DNA from: Octopus sinensis
Taxonomy: Eukaryota
Reading direction: 5' to 3'
Length of the DNA: 64,000 nucleotides
Assembly (NCBI RefSeq): GCF_006345805.1
Contig: NC_043013.1
Location: 56,978,001 to 57,042,000, forward strand
Below the pieces are notes generated by a model, which ran no database searches, had not been told where the DNA came from, and saw only the letters and a program-made list of their open reading frames with translations. Each line of letters starts with the position of its first letter. Positions within the stretch are counted from its first letter, which is position 1. The position numbers were made by a program, and so were the translations under genes. This document shows, one piece after another, positions 24,259-38,142 of the stretch.

Positions 24259-24380
24259 ATTTATTATATAGAAGGAGCTTCTACAGGACTAGAACTGTTT
24301 CATTCAAGAGAAATCTTCAGGAAGATTTCTCTTGAATGAAACAGTTCTAGTCCTGTAGAAGCTCCTTCTATATAATAAAT
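24259..24380. repeat. Perfect palindrome, 60-bp arms with a 2-nt loop
   Basis: ATTTATTATATAGAAGGAGC...GAGAAATCTTC-AG-GAAGATTTCTC...GCTCCTTCTATATAATAAAT. Confidence 0.95.
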
Positions 24381-24397
24381 ATATACATATATATATA

Positions 24398-24580
24398 TAT
24401 ATAATATAATTCGAGACAAAACCACTATTTTAAAACCAAACAAGGAAATACTTAATCAATACATAAAATTTTAATATAAATTTATTTATTTATTTAATTT
24501 ATATTAAAATTTTATGTATTGATTAAGTCTTTCCTTGTTTGGTTTTAAAATTGTGGTTTTGTCTCGAATTATATTATATA
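24398..24580. repeat. Near-perfect inverted repeat, ~85-bp arms with a ~13-nt loop
   Basis: AATTCGAGACAAAACCAC...TAATATAAATT pairs with AATTTATATTA...GTGGTTTTGTCTCGAATT. Two mismatches seen. Confidence 0.93.
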
Positions 24581-25544
24581 ATATTTTACTATAAAATTGG
24601 ATTTAACCTTAAATTTGATTTTTCCCTGTAATTTTGGATTCATTCCCTAATATTTATTATTATATATATATATAAATATATATATATATTACCTATTATA
24701 TAAATTATATTATTTTTGTAATTTACTTAATCTTTACTTTTTAACTTTAACTTTTCTATGACATGTAATTTTCTAGATGGTGTAATTTAATTATTCATTT
24801 TGAATTGATAGAAGGTGTTTTTTTCTAATATTATATATATATATATTTATATATATATAGTGGTATAAATATCAACGTAATTATTTCTCCTTCCTCTTTT
24901 TTTCCTCTTCTCCTCTCTTCCCTTCTCCAAACTCACAGACACACACACACACACCTCCACAAAACAATAATAAAAAGAATTCTTCTTCTCTAAACCCAAA
25001 AAACCATTTGACCATCCTCATTAAACACACACACACTCTCTCACAACGATAAAAAGCAATATAATTTATGGTCTACCTCCCCGACTTCACACACTCAATA
25101 ACACTATGAAATGGTCAAAAGTGAAATTCTTTTTCCCCAAGATCTTAGACCCCCCCCCCTTGGATTAAGCATGCTCTCCAGCAGAGCAAAAAAAATATTT
25201 CTTCTTCCCTGTCCCTTCACCTCTTTTTCTTCAGCACACACAAAAGCACACACATAAAAGAACACACACACATGCTCTCTCTCTCTCTCTCTCTCTCTCA
25301 CTTTCTCCTCGTCCATCACCCTCTTGTAATATCTTATATTCCTCCCCACCACTAGAAACTCAGTACCACTATAAAATGGTCAAAACTTTTCACACAGGAA
25401 CTTAGTTTGATTTGAAAACCCCACTAGAATGAGAGAAAGCGCTAATACATGATCTAAGTTATATGATGTATAAAAAATGTTATATACAAAGAAATATCTA
25501 AATATAAACCTCATTTCTTCTAATATAATCACAAATCACAATCA

Positions 25545-25685
25545 TTTGACGGATATTTGTCCTAATCTTGTTTGTTGCTAACACGTTTCGGCTGATATAC
25601 CCTCCGGCTTTCATAAGATGCCTTGGGGAAATTTCGAACCTGGTTTCTCATTCCTAAGGTATTTTTCAATGTTATTATTATTAAA
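25545..25685 (-). mobile_element. SINE family C 3' half with a mutated hammerhead-like motif
   Basis: Minus strand GGCAT-CTTATGA-AAGCCG..CAGCC-GAAACGT. Homologous to 9610-9780. Confidence 0.7.
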
Positions 25686-25689
25686 AGAG

Positions 25690-27680
25690 GCACCCAGAAG
25701 ATCGATATCTGACATATATTCTCAGAAGCTAACCTTAGCAAAAGCATAGCTAAAAGCAGCAACAAAGTACAAAGGAGAGTTGGAGCAAGGATGCCACTCT
25801 GCTTGACGCCATTCTCTACAGGAATGCCACCACCAGCATTGACCCAAGCCTCCATCTCATCATGAAATGATTTAGTTATAAATACAAAGTGATCCAGACA
25901 TCCAAGTTTGCCAAGTATTTTCCATAGAAAGGCCCTATTCACAAATCAATGTATACATGGATAAGATCCATATTCTGCTCATAGCACTTCTCCTGCATCT
26001 GTCTTGCTATGAAAATCATATCAATTGTCCCTCTACCAGATCGGAAGTCACATTGAGTTTCAGATAGGACATCATTTACGAGACACCCGTTCAGGCAGGT
26101 AAGAAAAATATTTGCCAGAACCATGCCAGCAGCTGATAGTAGAGCAATACATTTGTAGTTACCACACATTATTCTGGCTCCTTTTCCTTTATAGAGAGGA
26201 AGAATAATTGCATCCGTCCAGTCCTTGACATTGCACCATCCCTCCAGACTACACTAACAAGTTCATGAAGGGACTGTATGATGTAATCACTACCAAATCG
26301 CAAGACCTCAGCACAAATTCCATCCCTTCCAGGCTACCTACCAAGATTCAATTTACTTATTGCTGTTATTTCCTCATCTATTCAGGGCATGGAAGTTAAG
26401 GAGCCAATGATAGGTCTTTGTTGCATAGTAACAATCACTTTTTCATCCACATCTGACTCGTGGTTCAGGAGTTCAGAGAAGTGTTCAATCCAGCAACCTG
26501 TGATCTCTGTTGATTTAGTAAATAGAGCATAAGACTCCTTGGAAAGCAAAGGAGGTGGATGCAGAGCTCTTAGGCCCATTAACTTACTTCATATGATGGT
26601 AAAGCTTCTTGCTGTCATTTGCATCAGCAGCAGCCTGAACATCACGAGCAAGTTCCTCCCACCAAGTGTTCTGCATCTTCCTGAGAGATCGCTGCAGGAG
26701 TGATTTTACACTGCTGTAGTGGGCAACTGTTAGATTTTGCTCTATAGCTGGAAGTCTTCTCTGCAGCAATACATTGTGGGCATGGGACTTTACAGCCATT
26801 AGACGCTGAACTTCAGCATCATTTTCATCAAACCAGTCTCTGTGTCTGGCAGTAGAATATCCCAGTGTTTCAGCAGCACATTGAAAAACCTGTTCTCGAA
26901 AATCTTCATATTGTAGTATTTCAATGCTGGACAAACGAGTCTGTAGCTTTTTTTCTCAACACAGTATTACATATCTTGTGGACATTCAGATGCCGAAGAA
27001 TGCCAACTGGCCGTCTTCTTTCTTTCACTCTAATCATCATCCGGAACTTTGCTCGCATCAGACTGTGGTCTGTCCAGCATTCAGATCCATGGCAGGACTT
27101 AACATTACAAATATCATAGATGTCACACAAGTGCCAAACTTTAGACTTTGGATGCATCCACGTTGTGTGATCATCTTTGTGCATAGAATAAGTGCTTGCG
27201 ATGTAGATGCCATGTTCATCGCAAAGCTCCTGCAGTCTGAGACCATTGTTATTCATTTTCCCTACACCAAAACGTCCTAGAGAGTTCCATGTTTTCCAGT
27301 CTGCTCCAACCCTGGCATTGAAATCCCCCAGTAGAATGACTTTCTCAGAACTAGGAATTTTCCTAAGTAAGGCTTTCAGCTGGGTATAAAAAATATATTT
27401 TGTTCATCACAATTGGACAATACAGGTGCATAGGTACTAATTAAAGTTGCAAACCGCCCAACTCTCAGGTACAAACGTAGAGTCATTAGATATTCATTTA
27501 TGAGAACAAGAATCTCATCCAACTCCTAAAGGATATCAGATCAAACTGCAAAGCCAACACCAACCTCTCTGCGCTCCTCCTTCAGCCTCTCCTTCTAAAA
27601 AAAAGGTGTATCCATCTCCTATTTCCTAAAGCTGACCATCACCGTCTATACGAGTCTATGAACGTGCAGCTATATCAACA
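25690..27680 (-). mobile_element. RTE (BovB-like) LINE ORF fragment, heavily disrupted
   Basis: Endonuclease motifs LISTYAP, GDFNARVG, NNNGLRL, TWMHPKSK.WH and WTDH. RT motifs QCDFRSGRGTIDMIFIARQMQEKC.EQN and NGVKQSGILAPTL. Confidence 0.88.
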
Positions 27681-28144
27681 AATGCATACATACATATGTA
27701 TGTATGTATGTAAACTTGTATATAGATGTGTTTGTGTGCAACATAGTTACATATCCCGATGTAAAAGCTGAGCAGAGAATAAATATTTCTTTAACAGAAA
27801 AATAGAAAATATCTGAAACCTATTTGCTTCCACCTTCCAAGAAGCTTCAGCAAAAATGGTCGCTAATCATAATTAGACTGCAAAATCATTCGGTGCATAA
27901 AATTTATGTATGTCTTGAAAATTCACAGAATCGCTGATTCTATGAAGATCTGAATTCATGAATATATGGAATATATATGGCATTCTCTTTCTAAAAATTT
28001 GAAGAGAAATACGCTTCTGGAGAACTTTAGAGAATTGGCGTCAGTGAATACAATTGCATGAAGACCAATGAATGTATGCATGTGTGTATTAGTGTAAGTA
28101 TGCTTGTGTGTGTATGTATGCATGTATGTATATATATATATTAT

Positions 28145-28189
<45 letters not shown>

Positions 28190-28194
<5 letters not shown>

Positions 28195-28380
28195 GAATTT
28201 ACAAAGAAAGAAAAGATGAAGACGGGTGTGTAAACAACAAACAGGTGTATTAGTTTAACGCTCTGGATGTGAGAAAGTCTTTTACGTTTCGAGTCTACGC
28301 TCTTCGACAGAAAGGAACACAGAAATAAATAGGGAGAGAAAACAAAAAAGTTTTAGAGGCTAGCGATCTATCATGGCGAA
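28190..28380 (-). mobile_element. PLE-terminus-like short repeat with a variant minimal hammerhead fold (28279-28314)
   Basis: Minus strand CTTT-CTGTCGA-A-GAG-CGTAGA-CTC-GAAAC-GTA-AAAG. The core has U in place of the conserved A6. Confidence 0.5.
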
Positions 28381-29904
28381 TAAGTGCGGATTGGGAGAAT
28401 CGACAATAGGAAAAAATCAGAAAGTACAAAAAAAGTTGAGAAATCTTCAAAAGGTTCAAATATTGTGGTATATTGGAGTGATTTTTCATCAACGGAAGAG
28501 TCCAGTGTAATCCATATGTGGAGAGAAAGATAGAAAGATATCCATGGATGTGAATATTTTATTATATCTGTATGCATGTTTCCATAAATTTCATGTTTTT
28601 TGTGACCATAGTCCACATTCCTAGGATGATTACAATACAATGTGTAATACCTATAGACATCAGATGGGTTTTTTTATCATTTGTTCGTTTTTTTTTCTGT
28701 CGATGTGATTTGTGGAAACGCGCATAGCGATACATTAAAATATTTATGAATCCCATCTGTTGATAATCATTATTATTATTGCCATATTTATTCTACGCTG
28801 TATTGGCATAGCTCGATACGATCCCATGAAATCATTGTCGCAGGTCGGAACCACTAGGCCGTAACTGACATAATAAAATAAGAGCCTTTATATGCCTATT
28901 CAGAAAGCTTCCCCTTGAACGAACTTAAAGGATGTATATGTGTGTGTATGTGCACATGTATATAGTTAATAAAAAACTGGAGGAAAAAGAGAAGAAAAAA
29001 GCAACAATGCGAGGACGTGGTGCATGCAAAATATTAATAAGACAGTTACAGAAGGAAAGAAAGAATGGTTGTTTTATGGTTCAAGTAAAGCTCTTCTTCG
29101 GAAATGATGCATAGGAAAATCCAAAAAGAAAAGGAAGGAGGAGGAAAAAATCGCCAACAGTCCACTGTACATTCTATGTTTATAATCTGCCCTGGTTGAC
29201 TTTGCTTCACGTGCTTTTGGAGTTGATAAACTAAATACCAGAGTTATACTGGGGTCAGTCTAATCAACTTACCTAGATCTCCGAAGTTGTTGAAGCGGTA
29301 TCAAGATTTGAAATCCATATTTTATGCATGTGAAGGAAACCTATCGAATGACTTTGGGAGTATTGACTCGACGAACGCTGAAGATGTGTGTTGGTGCAAT
29401 TTTATGAACTTATCTTGCTATTCAAAGACTCTAACAGATTTCCATTCCCTTCGCTGTTTTCCTGAAAAGGATTCCAGTTGAACTAACTTCAAAACCTTGT
29501 TTGGTTATGAAATTCTATCTCCAATTCGTCAGAAAATGGTTGTATTTTATAAACCGAAGTATTTATATAATCTCACAGCCTATCTACGATTACTGATATA
29601 TTTCCTGCTGAAGATTTTAGAAAGATAAAATGGAATCAGTTCTGAATATCGTATATAATGTTATCCTAAAGTACGTACATACAATACACGTACATACATA
29701 CACACGCACACGCACCCCACCACATATACAAGAAACTCATTTTATATATTCTATACATTTTCTCATAAAGAAAAGTGTGCGTAAAAGACAGAGGAGGAGG
29801 GAGAGAAAGAGAGAAGTAGAGGAGAGAGAGAGAGTGATTAAATGAACGTGAGACTTATTTATTTCGACGATATTTAATTAATATTTAATAAATATTTAAT
29901 TCAT

Positions 29905-30085
29905 TTTTTGGCACAAGGCCAGCAATTTCGGAGGAGAGATTAAATTGATTATATCGACCCCCATTATTCAACTGGTACTTATTTTATGGAACCCGAAACG
30001 GTGAAAGGTGAAGTCGACCTAGGAACTGAGAGCGCAATGACGGACGAAACGCCACTAAGCATTTTCTCCGGCCTGCTAACGATTC
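29905..30085 (-). mobile_element. SINE family A (degenerate)
   Basis: TTTTGGCACAAGGCCAGCAATTTCGG tail and GAAAGGTGAAGTCGACCT body in reverse orientation. Confidence 0.7.
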
Positions 30086-31758
30086 ACTACCATACGATAT
30101 TTTATTAATATTGGCAAGAATATATAACTTTTTTACAAAATATTATAAACGTTGGCGTTGGCGATAAGTATGATGATAATGATAATGATGATGATTTCAA
30201 GAAGAAATTGAGTTAGAAAATCTCTGACTGACTTTAGCTGAACAAAGATTGGAACACAAATCTGTGAATTACCGACATCGCTTAATTCCACCATCGTATC
30301 TCGAAGATGCTTCACCAGCGGCACCCAAACACGATTTGAATGAGGAATTATTTTGTCAGAATCCTTGTTTGACTAATTTCCCGATGTTTGATACCTCTCC
30401 TCTCATTCAAGAATAAGTATAAATACGCCCGACTTCCCTCTTCTTTCTTCAACCTATAACTTACCATTTATGGACAGCTTGAAGCAAAGAATCATCGATG
30501 AAGTTCTTTGAGATATATCTTCCTTATTGATCGTCTGATTGTGGAATTTGTTGTTTTGTTCGTTAATTTTATTTCTTGACAGAATGAATTAGAAGACATT
30601 GATATAATGCCTGCGCTTTTATGGATAGATAACACACTTTACACACACACACACACACACGTAAACGCACACCTTTTCACAGTGGCAAACACACTCACAC
30701 ACACACACACATAGTGGTTCGCTTTCTCCCTCACTCATACAGATATTACACGTGCACGTATACAAATCTGTTATAGGAACACATTCATACACACCTCTCT
30801 CTCCCTCTCTATCTCTCTCTAACCCCTCCCCAATCATATTCAGTCATTCATACATTTCTTTCTCTTTTTCTCCTTGCTCTCTGTAAGAGACGCACATAAA
30901 TTTCGGACGCAGACAATTATCACGCAGCTAGACACACACACACACACACGCACACGCACAAACAAGAATCTCTCTTTCACACGGTACACACACATACATC
31001 TCTCACTCTCTCTCTGTCATACATACACACATACAAATCTCACGCACACACATGAAGGAGACATACCACTCAGAGACTCATTACAGACTCCACACCAACA
31101 AACTACATGGAAACTCACATTACCAGAACATACGCGCACGTGCACGCGCGCACACACATACACACATATACATATATGCATACATACATGTATACACGCA
31201 GGTACATACGCATGCACAAATCATAATCACACGCTTGCCCACACAGAACGCAAGCACATCCACAATTGGCAAGCGCGCACAAACATAGAAACAGACACAC
31301 GCGTACGTATCAAATAGTCGTTGAAATGAAATAGGTCCCTGGAGGGCCGTGATCCATTGAAAAGAGAAAGTAAATCAATAAAGTTTCTATCAGTAAATCA
31401 ACCAATCAATGAATCAATCACATGTAAATTGATCGCTTTTCTACAATCGAGATAGACAAGAAGAAAGATTGGTAAATATAGAGGAGACGTATATAAAACC
31501 GAACAAGGCATGATCCATTGAAGAAAGGAACATAGAGAAGATTATGTATCGCACATTATATATCATAGATCGAGAGAACTATAGATCTATAGAAGACTGT
31601 GAAGAGAATTGCAGATACAGTAAAGGCGCACAGATCTCTACAATTAGAAGACATCAATATACACGCTTTAAACATATCTGCCTTTCTCTCTAACTTTCTA
31701 TCTATCTGCTTGTCTGCCTGCCTGTATGAATGTGTGGGTATGTAAGTATATATATATA

Positions 31759-31817
<59 letters not shown>

Positions 31818-32300
31818 GTCTGTGTGTGTCTGTATAAATGTGTTTATATGTATATGTATTTGTGCCTGTGTATGCGTGAATATATACCTTTTCTTATGCA
31901 TTCCCTCATACTCAGGCGCATGTATGCGTATGTGCATCTATATATGTAGATATCGTCAAAACTAAATCCATATAACTATTCTGTCATGAAATCTTCCCAA
32001 CAATCATAAAAGGATCCAACATGGGATATTTATTTGTTTGTTTTGTTTATTATATTCGAAACGATAACTTCTCAGTTTTGTCGGTTTCTTCTTTTTCTTT
32101 CCCCCGTCCCCGTTCACTTCGCTTTATTTTTACCATGTTGTTTTACTGTCATACCCCCCCACACACACACACACGTGCACGCACACACACACACGATGTT
32201 CCTACCATGTTCTTGGACTGCAAAGATTTATTTCTTAACCAATCTTTGACAAAATGTCAAAACGTGAAATATTAATTCAGCAATAAAGTTGATTGTTATT

Positions 32301-32356
<56 letters not shown>

Positions 32357-32889
32357 TAGAATCAATGGCGTACAATGAATGAATTGCTTGGTTATGTCAC
32401 CATGTGTTCCGTGTTCTAATCCTATCCAAGTCAGCATTGATTTGTATTTTTCCTGTTGTCTGTCAACAGCAACATTTATGAATTTATTCACGTATTTTAT
32501 AAGGCAAACACTCTCTTGTCTTTAGTTATTTCATTTTATTTTCTGAGTTTAAATCCTTTGTTACAGTGACATAGCGCACGTCAATCTTGATTGGTGAGAC
32601 TTGTGATCAAAGGTGTTCCAGTCATGACCATCCCATCAGCAGCGAACAGTTTGACTTTGTTACTCAACATATTTTGTTTAAAAGCAGTTGGCGGTGATTT
32701 CATTGACAATTTGTTCCTATTTCGAAGAGCTTGAGACTCCACACGCAACCTTATCTTCATTATCTTTGATGTCACTCATTATAATGTACGACTGCATCCA
32801 TCTAATTCTTTCCCCGATTCGTGGTTTTATATTTTGCAAATTCAGATCCAACCAGGGTCTTCCATGAAATCATGAAAGTTAGTGTCAGA

Positions 32890-33475
32890 GCAATATTGAT
32901 TTCAAATTTTGGCACAAGGCCTGCAATTTCGGGTGATGGGAGTAAGTCGATTACGTCAATCCCTGTGCTCGGCTTGTGCTTATTTCATTGACCCCAAAAT
33001 GATGAAAAGCAGGTGTTAGAGCTCAAAACAAATATAAAAACAAACAAAATGTCGGTAAGCATTTTTCTTGGTAAGCCAACAATTCTGCCATCTTGACTTT
33101 TTAAATACCGTAAAATATTGGTGTCTTTTTAATCGATGACAACCTTCTGTCGAATGTATGGTCTTCTGCTCTTGTGTTTATTTGTTTATTTGTGTATTTG
33201 TGTATATCAAAATCGTAGAACAGCAGACGAATGGCTTGCAGTGATTATCTATTTCTTTACTACCCACAAGGGGATAAACACAGAGAGGACAAACAAGGAC
33301 AGACAAACGGATTAAGTCGATCATATCGTCCCCCAGTGCGTAACTGGTACTTATTTAATCGACCCCGAAAGGATGAAAGGCAAAGTCGACCTCGGCGGAA
33401 TTTGAACTCAGAAGGTAACGGCAGACGAAATACCGATAAGCATTTCACCTGGCATGCTAACGATTCTGCCAGCTC
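32890..33475 (-). mobile_element. Two SINE family A copies (32890-33090 degenerate; 33255-33475 near full length)
   Basis: GGATGAAAGGCAAAGTCGACCTCGGCGGAATTTGAACTCAG and ACGATTCTGCCAGCTC match the reverse complement of family A. Confidence 0.82.
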
Positions 33476-33774
33476 TATCAATGCTCTTATATGACCCAAG
33501 TCAACGTTCACCTGGAATTCTGTTTGCCTATGTTCACCCTGAAGAATTTAAAAGCAGTTGCAGTAATCTAAAGTTATGATTTATATTTGAATAAAATATA
33601 ATACTATTCTATATTCTGTGAAAGCAGAAATGACCATATTTACTATTAACAGGGAAGCCAATGGTAGGAGAAGGGTTTCAGATAAGAAGGGAGTGAGAGC
33701 ACAATTGTGATCCAAATTCCTTTCAAACATAATGCAAATATACACTCACATTATTATTATTATTATTATATCCA

Positions 33775-35130
33775 TTAGCATCTTCTTTCAATTCTGTTTC
33801 CATTTCTTGCCGAGTGTCTTCCTGATACCTAGGACAGAGAAACGTACTGGTAGGCTATTAAAATAAGCACACCAGATTGTTCATTTACAGAGTCATGTGA
33901 CAGAGAAAAAAAGGAAGATAGAGAGAAAAAGAAAAACTAAAATATAGAAAAGTAAGCAAATAAAATGAAGGGGAAAAAGGAAAGAAAAGTGACAATGCTC
34001 TTCTCAATACGTGTGATGTACCTGTTAGGACAATCTTTGGCATTTCTTGTATGGATGGATGGTAAGCCAGGGATCATTCTTATATAATCTTCAGTTCCTT
34101 TTTTGATCATTCCAAGTGCTCCTACAATCACTGGTATTGTAGCCGACTTGAGACGCCACACCTTTTCGATTTCAATTAGCAAAGCTTTATATTTTCTGAG
34201 CTTATCAAATTCATTTACCGTGATATTATGGTCACAGGGCATGCCCATGTCAGTCAATAAACATATTTTATTGCTTTTGTCTCTCATAACAATATCTGGT
34301 TTATTTGCCTTGATGGTTCGACCTGTACATTCTGGGAAGTCCCAAAGAATAGTTACAATTTTTCTGTTAGTTACAGCATCGGGGTGGTGTTTGTACCATT
34401 TGTCAGCAGTTTTGGTTTTATAATGCCGACACATTATCCAATGTAGACACTGGCCAACTCTGTCATGTCTTGATTTGTACTCTACATGTGCTAAAAACCT
34501 GCATTCAGAAATTAGTTATTCCATCATTGCAATATCGGCACTTTGGGTCTACACCATTTCTCATCACATTTGCTTGGCAGTTCCAGGTCAATAAGCTCTG
34601 ATCTTGGGCAGCCAAGATAAAGCCTTCACTCTCTGCCTTTAGCCCTGAGCTTCGTAGCCACTGATGGGTCTGCTTCTGGTCTACATCAGCTTGTTTATTA
34701 CGTGCCACATATTTGCAATGCAGAAGTTTTTGTTCCCACCTATCAGCCATTTGTTCAAACGCATTTTGCTTTGCTAGTTATTTCACCTTCTTTGCAACTG
34801 CAGATCCTGCATATCCCGCATGCTGTGCAACATGGCTATTATGCATAAACTCACTGGAAATGCTTTTGCTCTCCTTCACAACAACAGAATGAAGCTTCTT
34901 ACGTCATTCATGGTTTCCATTCGTTGGATGTTTCAAGATATTTTGTCAGTACATTTGTGGTGGTTTTGCAAGAGATTTCAAATTGGGTCGAGCCTCGACC
35001 TCCTTGAGCTCTGGGTAAGTAAAGACGATCTGCGTCTGCCTTTGGGTAATATATCTTACTGCAAGTGAGCAGTTTTCAGATTTTTCTGTCAATCTTCCTT
35101 ATTTCGCTCATATTTCAGTTCAACACAATA
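33775..35130 (-). mobile_element. R4/Dong-like non-LTR element, copy A (3' part, more decayed)
   Basis: WLRSSGLKAESEGFILAAQDQSL, CRYC zinc knuckle, and restriction-like endonuclease ILWDF...KPDIV...D...KLRKY...IPVIVGALG. Bounded by (TAA)n on both sides. Confidence 0.85.
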
Positions 35131-35165
35131 ACAACAACAATAACTAATTATTATTATTATTATTA

Positions 35166-35225
<60 letters not shown>

Positions 35226-35227
<2 letters not shown>

Positions 35228-37397
35228 TATGTTAGACTTTTGCTTTATGTCTGTACAAGTTGGCTCCAAGTCTCACCCAGAAACCTCAAGAGACAACAGA
35301 TTGGAAGTTCACGTTGTTGTTATGCCTAGTGTGCCATATATTTGGTTTTATTTTGGTGTTGTACTAGTGAATGTCTGTTAATAAATCTTTTAAAAAAATT
35401 GTTTTAAACCTTGGGTTTACATAGAGAGTATTTTGCGTAGTATATGAGCAGTTCCCATGAGCACTATCTTTTGAATTTCTGCCATTTTGGGGAAATCCTG
35501 GTATCTGAGTTAGGTAGCAATCAGCCCCATTCGCTATCATTCCCAGGGCACCTATGACAACAGGTATTGTTTTAGTCTTCAGGTTCCACATTTTGCTGAT
35601 TTCTATTTCAAGATCTTTATATTTGCTCAGTTTTTGGTAGGTCTTGACAGATACGTTTATATCGATTGAGACAGTCATATCAATGAGGAGGCATGTTCTT
35701 TGTCTGAAGTTTTTCAATATGATGTCGGGCCTATTTGCATCTATCTTTCTGTCAGTTTGAATGGTGAAGTTCCAGAGGAGTGAGATGTGGTCATTTTCAA
35801 GCACTGGAGGTGGTTTGTGTTCCCACCAGTTTTTTTATGGGGCAAATCCAGGTTTTTGCAAATTATCCAGTGAACATATTGTGCAGCTCTATCATACCTG
35901 TTGAGGTACTCTGTAGGCGCTAGAAGACTGCATTTGGAGACAACATGATCAATGGTTTCATTTTGTTGTCGGCATACATGACATGTTGGGCTATTGCCGT
36001 TCTTTAATATGTTGGCCTGGTAGTTTCTTGTTGGTAGGCATTGATCTTGAGCTGCTATGATAAACCCTTCTGTTTCAGATTTTAAGCCAGAGGCCATTAG
36101 CCATTGATGGGTCAGGGGCTTTGTCAATATCTGCATTATTCGCTCTCTTTGGGTATTTGCCATAGAGAGGTTTTTCTTGCCATTTATCATTCAGAATATC
36201 TAAGGCCGCAGATTTAGCACGGGTTTTCATGCGCTTAGCCTTTTCTGTGCCTGTTTCTTGTATGTCTATCTCTAATTCCGAAATGTGTTGTATTCGGAAT
36301 TCACTTAGATATTCCTTTGCCTGTTTTGTGACTGAGTATGATGCTTTCTTGTTTTCATGTTTTGAGACAAGTTTTAACATCCAGTCCTCAGACCTTTTCA
36401 GGTAGGTGTCTAGGCCAATTGTAGCAATCTTCATTTTATTGCCAGTTGTAAAAGACCACGGCCTCCCTCTTTTCTTGGCAGATAAAGTCGTTCTGTATCT
36501 GCCTTAGGGTGGTGCATTCTATGCATTGTCAACAGTTTTCGTATTTTTCTGTCAAGATTACATATTTCAGTAATTGACCAGTTAACGATATTGAAACTGT
36601 AAGTCACAACTGGTATGGCTAAAGCATTGATCGCTTCGATCCTGTTTCTCGCATTCAGCTCAACCTTGAGTATTGCTCTCACTCTTCGATAACATTCTCT
36701 CCTGATCCTTTCCTTCATCTCTGAATGCCTTATTCCGTTCCCTTCAATTACCCCTAGGTACTTGTAGCTCTCCGCTGGGTCTAGTTCTTTTATGACATTC
36801 TGCTGGTCAAGGTTAACGTTAGATGTTTCTGTCATTTTTCCTTTGATAAAGGTAGCTTTTGCACATTTATCGAGGCCAAATTGCATTCTGATGTCATCAC
36901 TGAATTGTTTAACAATCTCTAGTAAGCCCTTGAGTTGTTGGTCATTTTTTGCAAAAAACTTTAAATCATCCATGTAAATGAGATGATTTATATTTTTATC
37001 AAACATTTTATATCCGTACTGCGCGTTATTGAGCAATTTTGAGAGAGGTATTAAGGATAAACAAAAGAGGAGTGGTGACAGTGAGTCACCCTGGAAAATG
37101 CCACATGAAATTTTTACATCACCAGCATTTAGGGATTCATTGTCACTGTTCAGAGTTAGTGTAGTTCTCCATGATCTCATACTTACAGTCAAAAAGTTTC
37201 GCAGAGTAGGTGCTATCTTATACATTTCCAGGCATTTCCTAATCCAGCTATGTGGTAGGCTATCAAAAGCCTTTTTATAGTCTATCCAGGTTATTGATAA
37301 ATTTTTGTGTCGTTTGTGACAATCTTCTAAGATCATCTTATTGATGAGTAGTTGATCTTTACAACCGTAGGATCCACGTTTACATCCTTTCTGTTCA
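35226..37397 (-). mobile_element. R4/Dong-like non-LTR element, copy B (5'-truncated; RT, CCHC and RLE domains)
   Basis: [80 protein letters not shown]. Three frameshifts. Flanked by (TAA)n at ~35147-35225 and ~37398-37510. Confidence 0.93.
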
Positions 37398-37448
37398 TTA
37401 TTATTATTATTAATATTATTTTTATTATTATTGTTATTATTATTATTA

Positions 37449-37511
<63 letters not shown>

Positions 37512-37512
37512 C

Positions 37513-38140
37513 ATATGTTTGACTTTTGCTTTGTATTTGTACAAGTTGACTCCCAAGTCTCACCCAGAGACCTCAAGTGACAACAAGCTAGAAGCTCGAG
37601 TTGGTGTCATGCCTAGGGTGTCATATATTTTGTTTTGCACATATTGTTCTCGAAAATGTTTAAGAAAACATAAGATGATTATAATTTTAAAATTTGAGAT
37701 TACATAGTATCTTTGGTAGGTTATGGGTAGTTCCTGTGAGCACTATTGCTTGAATTTCTGCCGTTTTGGGGTTTCTTCGTAACTGAGCTGGGTATGAATC
37801 AGTCCCTTTTGTTATCATTCCTAGGATACCTATGACAACAGGTATTGTTTCAGTCACAAGGTTCCACATTTTGCCAAATTCTACTTCAAGATCTTCATAT
37901 TTGCTCAGTTTTTGATAAGTCTTGGCACATACATTTATGTCGATTGGGACAGTCATATCAATGACGAGACATGATTTTTGTCTGAAATCTTTCAGTATAC
38001 TGTCTGGCCTATTCGCATCGATCTCTCTGTCAGTTTGAATGGTGAAGTTCCAGAGGAGTGAGATGTGATCATTTTCAAGCATTGGTGGTGGTGTGTGTTC
38101 CCACCAGTTTTTATCATGGAGCAGGTCCAAGTTTTTGAAA

Positions 38141-38142
<2 letters not shown>
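37513..38142 (-). mobile_element. R4/Dong-like element, copy C (RLE domain and 3' UTR only)
   Basis: ENDHISLLWNFTIQTD..RPD..KLSKY..IPVVIG. Its 3' UTR (GACTTTTGCTTT..CAAGTCTCACCCAG) is homologous to that of copy B. Confidence 0.9.

Noticed and set aside
30230-30540. 59-codon plus-strand open frame (AEQRLEHK...) and a minus-strand GTAAGT donor near 30465
   Set aside because: No homology is recognisable, the acceptor context is weak, and the two readings conflict.
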